From a virus (taxonomy: Duplodnaviria > Caudoviricetes): DNA of 64,000 nt. The stretch spans positions 1-64,000 of the IMG/VR virus record IMGVR_UViG_3300005713_000004; one strand, 5' to 3'. Below, piece by piece: positions 1-9,476 of the stretch; positions within the stretch are counted from its first letter, which is position 1; the number at the start of each line of letters is the position of its first letter. The notes under the pieces are model-generated. The model ran no database searches. It was not told where the DNA came from and saw only the letters and a program-made list of their open reading frames with translations. Both the position numbers and the translations under genes were made by a program.

Positions 1-128
1 GTCTGCCAAAGTAGGGGGGGTCACGATGGGTGACGGCCCCCCTCCCCTCGCCCCTCACGGTGCGTGACCTAGATCGGGTTCACGCTGCGTGATCGGCCTC
101 CGCGTGGCGCTCGCAGTCATCCGAGACG

Positions 129-470
129 TCACGATCCGTTCGATGCATCGATGTTGCATCGCGCGTGCTCGGCGCCAGCATGGGGGGGAGGGGCCCCACC
201 GGGGGGGCGGGGGGCGTGGCCCAGGTGCCACGCTTCATCAGGTCCGATGACCCGCCCGCAGCGCCAGCAGTCGACCTCGCCAGCAGCGACGGCCGGGGCG
301 AGGCTGGCTCGCAGGGCCTGATGGGCGGCGCCGTACCCCCGCTGTGTCGAGGTCCCCCGCTGGGCGTCCTGCCTGCGCTGAGCGCGGCGACGGTGAGGGG
401 TGGCGCAGTCCGGGCACCTCGTCCCGATGGTGAACTCCCCGCAGTCGAGGCAGGGCCTAGCCGGAGGCAC
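129..470 (-). CDS. HNH endonuclease, probable packaging-associated
   Basis: CxxC-CxxC N-terminus, QRGYG, CWRCG...WHLGH...HARCN; last gene before window end. Confidence 0.8.
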   Translation of the reverse strand: MPPARPCLDCGEFTIGTRCPDCATPHRRRAQRRQDAQRGTSTQRGYGAAHQALRASLAPAVAAGEVDCWRCGRVIGPDEAWHLGHAPRPPGGAPPPHAGAEHARCNIDASNGS

Positions 471-1215
471 AGGTCACCCCTCGCGCGCCCGATGATCGAT
501 GACCATCGCCCACCGTGTCAAGCCGCCCCCCTTCGATCGGGACGTCACAGCCCGGGGGAGGGCAGGGTCCCGGGTGCCCGGACGGGGCCTCGCACGCCGG
601 GTTGCTGCACGTGTCCTGCCGCTGCTGGTCGAGCACGGCGGCGAGGTGGACGAGGTGGGCCGGGGACCAGCGGGCAGGGCAGGCGAGGCAGCGGGCCCAC
701 CCGGTCGAGCGATCCACTTCGAGGGCGGGCCTGCGGACCCGCTCGCCCCCGTCCTCGACGTGGACCACCGCGACCCGGCAGGCTGGGCAGGGGGCGGCGA
801 GGCGCATCGGGCGGGGGGGCTCCACCACCTCGCGGGCACGGGCCACCCACACGGCGAGCGTGTCCACGGCGTCGGGGTCTGCTGTGTGGGCGTGGACCCA
901 GCGCCACACCCGGCGGACCAGCCACGAGCGGGGGCCTCGACCCACGACGTCCTCGACCTCGCCGAGCAGGTCCGCCGCCGACAGCCCGATCGGGGAACGG
1001 CTCGTTCCCCTGCTGCTGCGGTGGCCCGTGCCGGTGCTGGACTCGACGGCGTCGCAGACGAGGTCGAGCAGGGCGGGCACGCGGGCCGTGTGGGGTGGGG
1101 TCTCCCGCAGGAGGTCCACGTCCCGGGGGAGCAGCAGGGCGCGGGCGTGGTCGAGCAGGGTAGGCGGCCGGTCGATCGGGGTCACCGTCACCGCCACATG
1201 GTAGGGCGTGGACAC
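457..1215 (-). CDS. Zn-binding hypothetical protein in the late-regulator position
   Basis: CPAC...CLAC..W motif; directly upstream of HNH; GTG start lies inside a CGTGGACACG motif. Confidence 0.65.
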   Translation of the reverse strand: MSTPYHVAVTVTPIDRPPTLLDHARALLLPRDVDLLRETPPHTARVPALLDLVCDAVESSTGTGHRSSRGTSRSPIGLSAADLLGEVEDVVGRGPRSWLVRRVWRWVHAHTADPDAVDTLAVWVARAREVVEPPRPMRLAAPCPACRVAVVHVEDGGERVRRPALEVDRSTGWARCLACPARWSPAHLVHLAAVLDQQRQDTCSNPACEAPSGHPGPCPPPGCDVPIEGGRLDTVGDGHRSSGARGVTCASG

Positions 1216-1291
1216 GCCGCAGGCCCGGACCGTGATGGTCCGGGCCTGCGATGTCCCCTCGAACGCGGCGCGCGATCGTCAAGCGGCCATC

Positions 1292-1480
1292 TTACGGCGG
1301 GTCGTCCGGCTGAGTGTCGTCGGGCCGCAGGATCCACGCTTCGAGGGCTCCGGCGAGTTCGATCGGCACCCGGTGCTGCCACTTCCCGCCGGAGGCGATC
1401 AGCCGGGTAGCCGCGTCCAGCGCAGCACACCGGGCCTCGACGGTGAGGCGGATCCGGTCGGACGGGTATAGGTCGCTCAC
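1292..1480 (-). CDS. hypothetical protein
   Basis: GTG start (MSDLYPSDRIRL...), protein-like helical sequence. Confidence 0.5.
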   Translation of the reverse strand: MSDLYPSDRIRLTVEARCAALDAATRLIASGGKWQHRVPIELAGALEAWILRPDDTQPDDPP

Positions 1481-1533
1481 CCGTACCCGGCCGAAGTCGG
1501 CGGAGTACGTCTCGTGGCCACCGTCGAGGATGC

Positions 1534-1728
1534 TCACTGCGGGGGTCCTGCGTACGCGAGCAGCCCCACCGCCGTGAGGGCGACCGCAGCAGCGAACACG
1601 CCTCCGGTAGGGACCGCGATCTCCCGTCGGGACGCCCCACGGTCGCGGGCCGCCCACACCATGCGGACCTGCGCGAGCAGGACCACGGCGGCGAGGACGA
1701 AGAACAGCCACGGGGCGAACGGGCTCAC
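1534..1728 (-). CDS. small two-TM membrane protein
   Basis: Two hydrophobic segments; overlapping stop/start junction with upstream gene. Confidence 0.65.
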   Translation of the reverse strand: MSPFAPWLFFVLAAVVLLAQVRMVWAARDRGASRREIAVPTGGVFAAAVALTAVGLLAYAGPPQ

Positions 1729-1904
1729 CCGGGCTCACCCTGCGACAGCCGGGCGATCAGGGCGACGCGTTCGGCCGTATCGAGATCCACTAGGGCATCA
1801 TCACACCCCGGGCCTTCGATACGCAGCCTCACCCGGCCGTCTGCCCGGTCCTCGACCCGCAGCGACGAGGGTCGCGAGCCGAAGAACACGTTCCGCTCGC
1901 TCAC
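1725..1904 (-). CDS. hypothetical protein
   Basis: MSERNVFFGSRP...; coupled to neighbours by 4-nt overlaps. Confidence 0.6.
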   Translation of the reverse strand: MSERNVFFGSRPSSLRVEDRADGRVRLRIEGPGCDDALVDLDTAERVALIARLSQGEPG

Positions 1905-2158
1905 GTGCCGGACGGGATCGGCTCGTCCCCGCCACACTCCGGGACGCCGTAGAACATGCCCTCGATCTCGTCGCCCTTGTCGGAGCGGTCCGCGTAGAAC
2001 ACGAGGACGTTCCCGATGCAGCCCTGCCACACACCCTCGAAGCCGGGGACGGGGTGGGCGCCGTTGACGGTCGCGTCGAAGTCCCGGCCGCAGCCGGACA
2101 GCGCGAGCAGCCCCACGGCGGCGAGGGCGGCGAGCAGGTAGCGCGAGCGGTTGCGCAT
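1901..2158 (-). CDS. lipoprotein
   Basis: Basic N-terminus, hydrophobic core, LSGC lipobox. Confidence 0.75.
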   Translation of the reverse strand: MRNRSRYLLAALAAVGLLALSGCGRDFDATVNGAHPVPGFEGVWQGCIGNVLVFYADRSDKGDEIEGMFYGVPECGGDEPIPSGT

Positions 2159-2180
2159 GGTGGGTGCTCCTCCTGTGGTG

Positions 2181-2528
2181 TTACGCGGACTGGCGGTCGC
2201 CTGCCCGGACGTTGGGGGCCGCGATGGTGGGGTTGACGAGGATCTCGATCCCGTCGTCCCGGACGCGGACCATGTCGATGGGAAGGCCGTCGATCAGGAT
2301 CTCGAAGAGGTGCCCGGCGAGGCGCCCACGGACGCGGAGCGGCTCGCGGGAGTGAGCCACGGGCTCCGCGAGCCGGGGGGCGGCTACGGGGGTCATGGGG
2401 CAGCGGGGGTAGTGCTCGAAGCGAGCGGGGAGCACGGTGGGGCCGCTGAGCGAGGTAACGAGGGTGTCCGCCTCGAAGGGGCGGGAGCAGCGGGCACAGG
2501 TACCGGCTGCGCGAGCGGGGAACGGCAT
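2181..2528 (-). CDS. hypothetical protein (CxxC)
   Basis: ATG start MPFPARAAGTCARC. Confidence 0.55.
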   Translation of the reverse strand: MPFPARAAGTCARCSRPFEADTLVTSLSGPTVLPARFEHYPRCPMTPVAAPRLAEPVAHSREPLRVRGRLAGHLFEILIDGLPIDMVRVRDDGIEILVNPTIAAPNVRAGDRQSA

Positions 2529-2569
2529 GATCCCTACGGTAAGCGGGGTGTTTCGTGTGTGCAGCGCGA

Positions 2570-2662
2570 TCAAGGCCACACGGCGAGTAGTACGACCGTG
2601 GACACGGCCAGCCCGGCGACGAGGGCGAGCAGGACGAGCCGATCCCGCGCCTTCGGGCTCAT
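2570..2662 (-). CDS. small TM peptide
   Basis: MSPKARDRLVLLALVAGLAVSTVVLLAVWP; overlaps stop of upstream gene. Confidence 0.5.
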   Translation of the reverse strand: MSPKARDRLVLLALVAGLAVSTVVLLAVWP

Positions 2663-2853
2663 TTCCACGCCTCGACGGCCGCCCAGTCCAGCCCGGCCGG
2701 GTACAACTCGTGGACACGACCTGCGGCGCGGGCCACCTCGATATCGGGGTCCGGCTCCGACGACCAGCGCGGGCAGACTCGGCAGCGGGAGCGCCATCCT
2801 CGGTTCGAGGGCGCGGCGAGGTACACACGGTACGTGTCGTGCCGCTCGTCCAC
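2659..2853 (-). CDS. hypothetical protein (CxxC...H)
   Basis: ORF with RCRVC and RVHE motifs. Confidence 0.55.
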   Translation of the reverse strand: MDERHDTYRVYLAAPSNRGWRSRCRVCPRWSSEPDPDIEVARAAGRVHELYPAGLDWAAVEAWK

Positions 2854-2875
2854 CCGCCCACGGTAGCCGTGGGCC

Positions 2876-3427
2876 TCACGTGAGCCACAGATAAGCCCCG
2901 TACCCGTGGGCTTCGCGGTGGGCCTCGTAGATCGCCCACGAGATCGAGCAGTCGTTCACGGGGACCCAGTAGCCCGCGAGGATGTCCGAGCAGGCGGCGC
3001 AGACCTCGCCGGGCGTGGTGTGCGTCCGGGTTCCGTCCGGCTCGTGGGTGCCGATCTGGGCTGGGTAGTGCTCCGTGGGGAAGAGCCCGTTCGTGGGGAC
3101 GCTGGTCGCGATGACGGACCCGTCGAGCCCTTCGACGTGGACGCAGGTCCCGCCTTCGGGCGCGACGATAGCCACGGTGACCCACCGGTCGAGGTGGGCG
3201 CTGTAGAGCCGCGAACCGGGCTCCGGCTGCTCGTCCACTGCTGCTCCGTCCTCGTGGTGGGCGACGGGAAGCGGCCCGGGGGTTCGTAGCCTCCGCTGAG
3301 CGGGCTTGCGAGTCCCCCGGGCCGCCATGACCTCCGTCGAGGTCCGCCCCGTCGGGCGCCTTCCCGGACTTACCCTCGCGGTGGCTCTCTCGGCATGGTC
3401 CCCGTCGGGCCTTCGCTTCGATCCCAC
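2876..3427 (-). CDS. hypothetical protein
   Basis: First gene after the promoter at 3462-3491; start uncertain. Confidence 0.55.
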   Translation of the reverse strand: MGSKRRPDGDHAERATARVSPGRRPTGRTSTEVMAARGTRKPAQRRLRTPGPLPVAHHEDGAAVDEQPEPGSRLYSAHLDRWVTVAIVAPEGGTCVHVEGLDGSVIATSVPTNGLFPTEHYPAQIGTHEPDGTRTHTTPGEVCAACSDILAGYWVPVNDCSISWAIYEAHREAHGYGAYLWLT

Positions 3428-3461
3428 CGACCGGGTTCTAACTGCCGGGCCAGTGAGTAAG

Positions 3462-3491
3462 ACTCTACACGTCCTCCGTGGGACATGTCAA
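3462..3491 (-). promoter_or_regulatory. sigma70-type promoter TTGACA-18-TAGAGT
   Basis: Member of the repeated promoter family. Confidence 0.75.
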
Positions 3492-4040
3492 CCCGGGGGG
3501 CGGAAGAGGGCCCTCCGCGCCGCCGAGTAGCTCATCCCGGACGAGGTCGTCCACCAAATCCGCGTGCTCCGCCTCCGTGAGGCACGCAGGCCACTCGCAG
3601 CGCTTCGTGCCCTCCGGGCAGACGTGGTCGAGCACGATGCACCCCTTGTGACACCCACACTCGTCCCGCTTGTCCTTCACGAGGGCCTCATGTCGTGGTA
3701 GCGCGACATGAGAGCGTGCCAGCGTTCCCCGGACAGCGGGATCACCCCGTGGACACGCCGTACCGCCCAGCACGGCCACCACACCGGCGCCTCGCCCGCC
3801 CACAGGCTCCGATCCGTCCGCAGCCGCAGCGACGCGACCCACGGGCCCTCGACACGGGCGACGAGGACCGCGTCCCGCACGCACGGATGCTCGACCTCGC
3901 GGCTCACCACGAGCCCGGACCGTCGCCCGGCGTCCGACACTCCGGACAGCGGCCGTCGCGGCGCCACACGTACCGCAGGACAGCGGAGGTCACCACCCCG
4001 CGCAGCACGAAGCCGACCAGCGCGGCCACCGCGAGCCCGG

Positions 4041-5054
4041 TCACGCTTGCCACCGGACCGGGGCGAAGCGGGCCGCCTGCGGGCGCCGGTCGGACAGGTC
4101 GATCGTGTCGCCGCGCCGGAGCGCCTCGACGAGGGTCGTGTCCACGTCCAGCGGCGCGGAGATCCGGACCACCGGGTCCACGTCCACCACGACCGCGTCC
4201 GGGCGCTCGAACGACGCTTCGAGGCGCGGGCCGCGCTGCGCGAGCGCGTCGACTACCCGCGCCACCGGCGGCGCCTCGCACGTCCACTCGTGGACCTCGT
4301 CGATCACCACGAATCGGGGCGAAGCGCCACGAATGTAGGGGTTGACACCGGCCAGGATTCCGGTAGGGCGCCACCGGGACAGGTCGTCGGCGAAGCGGGC
4401 GAGCGCCTCCCCCGCAGCAGCGAACGCGGCGACGATCCCGTCCACCGACGAGCCCAGCGACGCGAACACGGCCGCCACCTCCCCTTCGGAGGGGATCCAC
4501 GAGGGCCGGGCCGGAGGGAACGCCCACTCGTCCGGGACGAGCGGCATCGTGCCCTCCGCATAGACCGGGGAGTGGGCCTCGACGTCCTCGCGGTCGTACC
4601 CGTGCGCGATCGCGTCCGTGATCGCGTTCTCGTCGACCAGCATCGGGGCAGGCGCGCCCCACTCGAACGGCCACGCGAGGTCGTCGTTCCGCTCGTCCCC
4701 GGCCGCTGCGAGGGCGCCAGCAGCCGCGTACGCGCTCCGGGAAGCGTCGGAGGACAGGTGGGGCGCTCCGGGGCCCTGCGGCGTCGCAGCGGCGGCGAGC
4801 CGGGCCGCAGCATCGGTCACGGCCGGATCCGGGGCCCCGGAGATGCCCTCCGCGATCCCGTCGGCCCACAGCCCGGCGATAAGCCGGGCCTCATGGGCGG
4901 AGATCGCCCCGCCCTCGTTCTGCCGCAGTAGCGCAGCCTCGACGGCGAGCAGGTCCACCATGGTCATGCCCTCGCTCCGCGCCGCGTGGAACCGACGAGG
5001 ACGAGCCGGGTCGTCCGGGTTGGACGCCTCGAAGCGGCGCGGTCCGGTGCACAT
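4041..5054 (-). CDS. hypothetical protein
   Basis: Acidic protein-like sequence; start coupled to stop of the DUF1353 gene. Confidence 0.6.
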   Translation of the reverse strand: MCTGPRRFEASNPDDPARPRRFHAARSEGMTMVDLLAVEAALLRQNEGGAISAHEARLIAGLWADGIAEGISGAPDPAVTDAAARLAAAATPQGPGAPHLSSDASRSAYAAAGALAAAGDERNDDLAWPFEWGAPAPMLVDENAITDAIAHGYDREDVEAHSPVYAEGTMPLVPDEWAFPPARPSWIPSEGEVAAVFASLGSSVDGIVAAFAAAGEALARFADDLSRWRPTGILAGVNPYIRGASPRFVVIDEVHEWTCEAPPVARVVDALAQRGPRLEASFERPDAVVVDVDPVVRISAPLDVDTTLVEALRRGDTIDLSDRRPQAARFAPVRWQA

Positions 5055-5833
5055 CACGGCTTCCCTTCGCGGTCGGCGAGGTCTTCGAGCGCGACGAGGT
5101 CCACGGGTTCGCTGTGGGCGCCTTCGCGGCCCCACCACAGGACGTCCCCGTCCCACCACGTCGTCCCGCCCAGCCGGAGCGCAGCAGCAGCGGCGCGGCT
5201 CTCGCGGTCGTCGCGCTGGACGATCTCCGCCCGGCGCTGTCGAGCCGCCTCCGCGCGCAGTGCTTCGAGGTCGAGTAGCGGGACCGGCTCGCCGGTGGGC
5301 AGGACGACCCCGGATGCGGGGGACGGCTCCGGGGGGCTGGCCTTCGCCGGGGAGAACCACTCCGCCACGAACAGCGGGGCGGAGCCCAGCGCGACGCCCA
5401 GCGCGCCCACGGCCATCCCGGGGAGCGCGGCGAGGCTGATCGCGAGGACGGGGAGCGCGGTCCGCCACCACTCCGACGCCCGGCCGCCGACGAGGGCGCC
5501 CCACCGGACACCGGCCCACATCAGCCACCGGCGGGGCGTGGACACGCCCAGCTCGCGGAGGATGCGGCGGAACACCCCGTCCGCGTCGATCGAGCAGATA
5601 CGGCCTGCGGGGAGTTCCTCCGTGAGCAGGTAGTCGTGCACGATCGCGGCCCGCGTCCAGCGGCCGTAGGTGGGGATGAGCCACGCGGCGATCGGGGGTA
5701 CGGAGGCGTAGTCGGTGACGTAGCCCTTCGGGATGGTCCACGTGTCGTGCGAGCCCTTGTAGACGAGCGGCTCCGCGAGCCGCCACGTCCGATCCGCAGC
5801 GGGGGTGACCAGTAGGCGCGTGGTGAACGGCAT
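5054..5833 (-). CDS. DUF1353-family protein with C-terminal TM segment
   Basis: GYVTDYASVP...AAIVHDYL...AD..F motifs; TATAAT 6 nt upstream of ATG suggests a leaderless mRNA. Confidence 0.85.
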   Translation of the reverse strand: MPFTTRLLVTPAADRTWRLAEPLVYKGSHDTWTIPKGYVTDYASVPPIAAWLIPTYGRWTRAAIVHDYLLTEELPAGRICSIDADGVFRRILRELGVSTPRRWLMWAGVRWGALVGGRASEWWRTALPVLAISLAALPGMAVGALGVALGSAPLFVAEWFSPAKASPPEPSPASGVVLPTGEPVPLLDLEALRAEAARQRRAEIVQRDDRESRAAAAALRLGGTTWWDGDVLWWGREGAHSEPVDLVALEDLADREGKP

Positions 5834-5907
5834 CCGTGGATTATAGGGTGCCGGGGGCCGTCCTTCCGCCCGCTCCGCGACGACAGCCGCCCCCGGCGAG
5901 GCGCACG

Positions 5908-6330
5908 CTACTGGGCCTCGTCGAGCGCCTTCACGAGCCGATCGCAGTAGCCCCGGAGGATGGCGCGAGTCCGCCACGACATCCGCCGAACGTCGGGCAG
6001 GCTGTCCGCCGACAGGATGTACGTGACGACGTCGCCGGGGACGACCTCGACGAGGTACAGCGACGGGTACGCCCCGGAGCCGTTCGCGTCGAGTTCCACC
6101 CGGACGGTCTCCACGGGCAGGTCTAGCGGCTGCCACGGCTCAGCGTGGTTCTTCCCGACGTGGCACGCGCAGGCGATGAACCCGTCGCCACGGGCGTCGG
6201 CTTGCCAGTGGGTGCCGGGCGCCTGCGGGGGCGGGGGCCAGTGGGGGCCGTCGATGCCGGGGACGCGGCCGTCCTCGTCGAGGTGGACGGTCACGTCCCC
6301 GGGCTGCGGCCCGAACGGGTTCCGGTTCAC
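5908..6330 (-). CDS. hypothetical protein
   Basis: 140 aa ORF with overlapping junctions. Confidence 0.6.
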   Translation of the reverse strand: MNRNPFGPQPGDVTVHLDEDGRVPGIDGPHWPPPPQAPGTHWQADARGDGFIACACHVGKNHAEPWQPLDLPVETVRVELDANGSGAYPSLYLVEVVPGDVVTYILSADSLPDVRRMSWRTRAILRGYCDRLVKALDEAQ

Positions 6331-6617
6331 CGCTGCGTCTCCGGGTCGAGCGCGGCTGTCCAGCCGGTACAGCGGAGCAGGATCGCCCCGACGGGGATGG
6401 GGGTCGTGGGGTCCCAGTCGACGACGTCAAGGCCCAGATCGGCGGACTCGTCGACGAGGTAGGCCACCCACGACGCGCGAACCTCGAAGTAGCCGGGGTT
6501 CGTCTGCTCCGCGACGGCGCGCAGGACGTCGCCGGTGATGGACTGGGCGGCGGCGATCGAGCCGCCCCGGGCCAGTAGCAGCGCGCCGGGGACGACCTCG
6601 ACGCGGTGAGTGATCAC
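6327..6617 (-). CDS. hypothetical protein
   Basis: GTG start MITHRVEV; overlapping junctions. Confidence 0.6.
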   Translation of the reverse strand: MITHRVEVVPGALLLARGGSIAAAQSITGDVLRAVAEQTNPGYFEVRASWVAYLVDESADLGLDVVDWDPTTPIPVGAILLRCTGWTAALDPETQR

Positions 6618-6856
6618 GAGTCCGCGCCGGGGAGGTCCACGCGGCTGCGGAAGACGAGGGCTCCCCGGGCGCCGGTCGAGCGGCGCCACTCGTCGACCGA
6701 AGCGGCGTCGAGGGCCACGCTGTCGGAGCCGGACACCTCATCGAACACGAGGACGAACGCGGGCTCTGCCATGCGGTAGGTGACGGTCGAGCCGTCCCCG
6801 GGGCCGGAGTCGACGGGGACGGGCGAGGTGGGCAGTTCGAGGACGCGAAGGCGCAT
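6614..6856 (-). CDS. hypothetical protein
   Basis: TAGAAT 7 nt upstream of ATG (leaderless). Confidence 0.6.
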   Translation of the reverse strand: MRLRVLELPTSPVPVDSGPGDGSTVTYRMAEPAFVLVFDEVSGSDSVALDAASVDEWRRSTGARGALVFRSRVDLPGADS

Positions 6857-7022
6857 CCCGTGATTCTACCCGGCGAGCCGGGGTTAGCCGGGGCAGCAGG
6901 GGCGGTCCGGGGCCGCCCCCCTGCTGCTCCCGCCACGCCATACCCCGGACCGGGCGCGGGACGACTCCCGGAGGTGATCATACGAGAGCGCCCCCGCCAG
7001 GTAGGCGGGGGCGCTGCTCGTG

Positions 7023-7178
7023 TTACCGCTCGTCCCACTCGACCTCGTCGAGCCACTCGCCGGGGAACTCCGGGAGGTCGTCGGCTTCGCATTCGTGGGT
7101 GTCAACGACGGACAGTGGGGCGGTGAGCCCGCAGCAGTCGGCGGTGACGACGATCGAGGCGCGCAGCGTGTCGGACAT
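7023..7178 (-). CDS. small acidic protein (51 aa; not in the ORF track)
   Basis: MSDTLRASIVVTADCCG...; follows promoter at 7236-7265, boxA-like leader and RBS. Confidence 0.65.
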   Translation of the reverse strand: MSDTLRASIVVTADCCGLTAPLSVVDTHECEADDLPEFPGEWLDEVEWDER

Positions 7179-7190
7179 CGTGTGACCTGC

Positions 7191-7265
7191 TCTCTGTTGA
7201 GTTGTCCCGCCGGGGTGTTCCCCCCGACATGACAGACTCTACACGGTCGCCGTAGGTCTCCACAA
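7191..7265 (-). promoter_or_regulatory. promoter (TTGTGG-18-TAGAGT) plus hairpin and boxA-like leader GGGACAACTCAACAGAGA
   Basis: Repeat-family match. Confidence 0.7.
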
Positions 7266-7271
7266 GGGGGG

Positions 7272-7613
7272 TCATCCGACGAGTTCGTACCCGCCCTCGT
7301 CGTCGAGCAGTACCAGCCCCACCGCGAGCCGGACCGGGACCGTGGACACGTCCTCGACCTGCCAGCCCACCGCCCAGCCGTTCGCCTCCGCTTCGGTCCG
7401 GTCGCCCTCAATCCGGCCGTGACACCCCGACGTGTTCCCCATCCCGCACACCGCGAGCAGCCACGCAGGCGAGTGGATCGCCCGTCGGGTCCCGCCCATC
7501 CCCCGGCCGCGCCGGTGGTGGACGTTCGAGGCGGGAGCGGCTCCACAGACCTCGCACATGCCGCCCGCGCGGTCGAGGACGATCCGCCAGTCCCGCGCGC
7601 TCACCGAAGCCAC
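7272..7613 (-). CDS. HNH endonuclease
   Basis: CEVC...HHRRGRGMGG...C...CHG.IE. Confidence 0.85.
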   Translation of the reverse strand: MASVSARDWRIVLDRAGGMCEVCGAAPASNVHHRRGRGMGGTRRAIHSPAWLLAVCGMGNTSGCHGRIEGDRTEAEANGWAVGWQVEDVSTVPVRLAVGLVLLDDEGGYELVG

Positions 7614-7819
7614 GAGGACAGCCTACGGGCTCCGTGGGACAGCGGCCGGGGGTCTGACCGACCCCCGGCCGGGTGCAAGCGCCGACGAGCGCTCCGATCC
7701 CGACCGAGGGGTGGGAGCAGGTCGTCTCGCGCGCTCACCCCGCACTGCTCGCGTCCTCGCCCACCCGTCACGGCGGCTACTCCGCGAGATGGTGAGCAGC
7801 GTACGCCCGGACACGACGA

Positions 7820-7846
7820 AGCCCCCCGCCGGATGGGCGGGGGGCT
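7820..7846 (-). terminator. GC-rich hairpin, probable terminator
   Basis: 11-bp stem just after the stop of 7852-8223. Confidence 0.6.
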
Positions 7847-7851
7847 GGTCG

Positions 7852-8223
7852 TTAGCAGGTGCAGCCGGGGAGAGCCTCCGCGACCGTCATCTCCGCCCGG
7901 ACCTCGTCCGCGTGCTGGCAGGCGGGGAGTTCGGCGAGGATCCGGGTCGTGATCCGGTTGAGCCGGTCGGCTTCCTCGACCACGTAGGCGGCGAGGTTGC
8001 GGGCCCGGAACTCGCTCCGGCGGGTGGCGACCCGCTCCGCGTCGCGGCGCAGGTTGCCGTGCCACGTGTGGAGGTTGTAGACCCGGTGGCTCCGGAGACA
8101 CGCCCAGTCGCGGTTCATGTCGCCGGTCTCTGCGTCTCCGGCGGGCCCGCACATCAGTGGGAGCGCGAGGAGGCTCGCAACGGCGGCGGCGGCGCGGGTG
8201 GCGTGCTCGGCGATGGTGTCCAT
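7852..8223 (-). CDS. hypothetical protein
   Basis: Own promoter, leader and downstream hairpin. Confidence 0.75.
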   Translation of the reverse strand: MDTIAEHATRAAAAVASLLALPLMCGPAGDAETGDMNRDWACLRSHRVYNLHTWHGNLRRDAERVATRRSEFRARNLAAYVVEEADRLNRITTRILAELPACQHADEVRAEMTVAEALPGCTC

Positions 8224-8233
8224 CGTGTGTGCC

Positions 8234-8312
8234 TCTCTGTTGAGTTTTCAACCCCGGGAGGAGTTCCCCTCCCGACATGAGAGACATTACCCGCCTCGCC
8301 GTGGGTTGTCAA
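8234..8312 (-). promoter_or_regulatory. promoter TTGACA-17-TAATGT plus hairpin and boxA-like TTGAAAACTCAACAGAGA
   Basis: Repeat-family match. Confidence 0.8.
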
Positions 8313-8333
8313 CCCGACGAGGTCACGAGATCG

Positions 8334-8573
8334 TCACGGCGCCCAGCACGCCCGGCACATCTCCCCCCGAAGCGCCTTGAGCGCCGTCGCCCACGGCCGG
8401 ACGACCGGGGACAGCGGCGAGGCGGTCCCGGAGCCCAGCGCCCCACAGGCGGCTCGCCACGAGGTCGTGGTGATGCCGTTCGGGTGGGTCGTCGAGGTCG
8501 AGTCCTCGCAGCGGTGGAGCGGGTAGCCGACGACCTGCGCGCCGGTGTGATTGAACGCGGGATGACGGGCCAC
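8334..8573 (-). CDS. hypothetical protein (Cys/His-rich)
   Basis: GGAGG RBS upstream. Confidence 0.55.
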   Translation of the reverse strand: MARHPAFNHTGAQVVGYPLHRCEDSTSTTHPNGITTTSWRAACGALGSGTASPLSPVVRPWATALKALRGEMCRACWAP

Positions 8574-8672
8574 GAGGGCACCTCCGAACGAAGCGGGGGC
8601 CCGGAGCCGCTCCCCCGTGGCTCCGGGCCCCCTGGTGAGCAGCAGCGGCCCCCCGGCCCACTGCTGCGAGGT

Positions 8673-8873
8673 CTACGTGTGGTCGCTGGTGAACTGCGTG
8701 CAGCGGCAGTTCACCGGCCGGACCCAGCGCCGACCGTCGAGGTCGTATCGCTGGTGGGTCCGCGCGTCCTGTGCGTCGGAGTCCTCCACCGGCCCTTCGG
8801 TCGGGCCGTCGCGCTTCGGCGGCTCCGGCTCGCCCTCGTGTCCGAACTGAATCCAGCGGTTCCGCCAGCCCAT
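8673..8873 (-). CDS. small hypothetical protein
   Basis: GGGAGG RBS; downstream of promoter at 8922-8949. Confidence 0.55.
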   Translation of the reverse strand: MGWRNRWIQFGHEGEPEPPKRDGPTEGPVEDSDAQDARTHQRYDLDGRRWVRPVNCRCTQFTSDHT

Positions 8874-8921
8874 CGGTGCCTCCCGTGGTGGGTGGGGGGC
8901 TCGTTCCCCCCGACACCAGTA

Positions 8922-8964
8922 ACCTTACACGGTCCCCGGGGAATGTCAACCCCGGGGACCGTGT
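8922..8964 (-). promoter_or_regulatory. promoter TTGACA-16-TAAGGT inside a 15-bp inverted repeat
   Basis: Arms 8927-8941 and 8950-8964 are perfectly complementary. Confidence 0.8.
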
Positions 8965-9068
8965 CGGCTACTTCGGCCGGGTGTCCACCTTCCGGCCCGT
9001 CTTGTCCCGGGGCGGGGTGCAGATGCACACCCGCCCTTGCGGCGAGCAGCGCCCGCAGGTCGAGGCGC

Positions 9069-9221
9069 TCACTTCGACTTCCTCGACGGGTCCACATAGT
9101 CGGTGTCCGGCTTGACCGGCTCCGGCCACCCGCTCTTCTTGTCCGACCGCTGGTCGTCACGCGGACACGTGCACGTCACGCCCCGCGATGCGCAGTCCCT
9201 TACGCAGGCCACGAAGGGCAC
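9069..9221 (-). CDS. small Cys-containing peptide
   Basis: MPFVACVRDCASRG...; preceded by hairpin and boxA-like ACCAACCCAACAGAGAG. Confidence 0.5.
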   Translation of the reverse strand: MPFVACVRDCASRGVTCTCPRDDQRSDKKSGWPEPVKPDTDYVDPSRKSK

Positions 9222-9430
9222 CGCCTCTCTGTTGGGTTGGTCCCCGGGGCCGCTGGTCGCGACCCCGGGGAGGTGGGCGCTAGTCCTCGCCCTGCTCGCG
9301 CTCCCGCTGGTCGCGGTCGTCGCTGTCGACCTTGTCGGGGGTTCGCTGGTCGCCCCCGCTGGGCTTCGGGTCGGTGATGGTCTCGCTCCCTTCGTGTGGT
9401 GGCGCCGGGCCTCTCGGCCCGACAGGAGTA

Positions 9431-9472
9431 ACCTTACACGACCTCCGGGGCTTGTCAACCCCGGAGGTCGTG
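9431..9472 (-). promoter_or_regulatory. promoter TTGACA-16-TAAGGT inside a 14-bp inverted repeat
   Basis: Arms 9437-9450 and 9459-9472. Confidence 0.8.
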
Positions 9473-9476
9473 CCGG

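Noticed and set aside
129-7613. HNH genes as mobile homing endonucleases or introns
   Set aside because: Both are short free-standing HNH proteins with no interrupted host gene; the terminal one fits a packaging role
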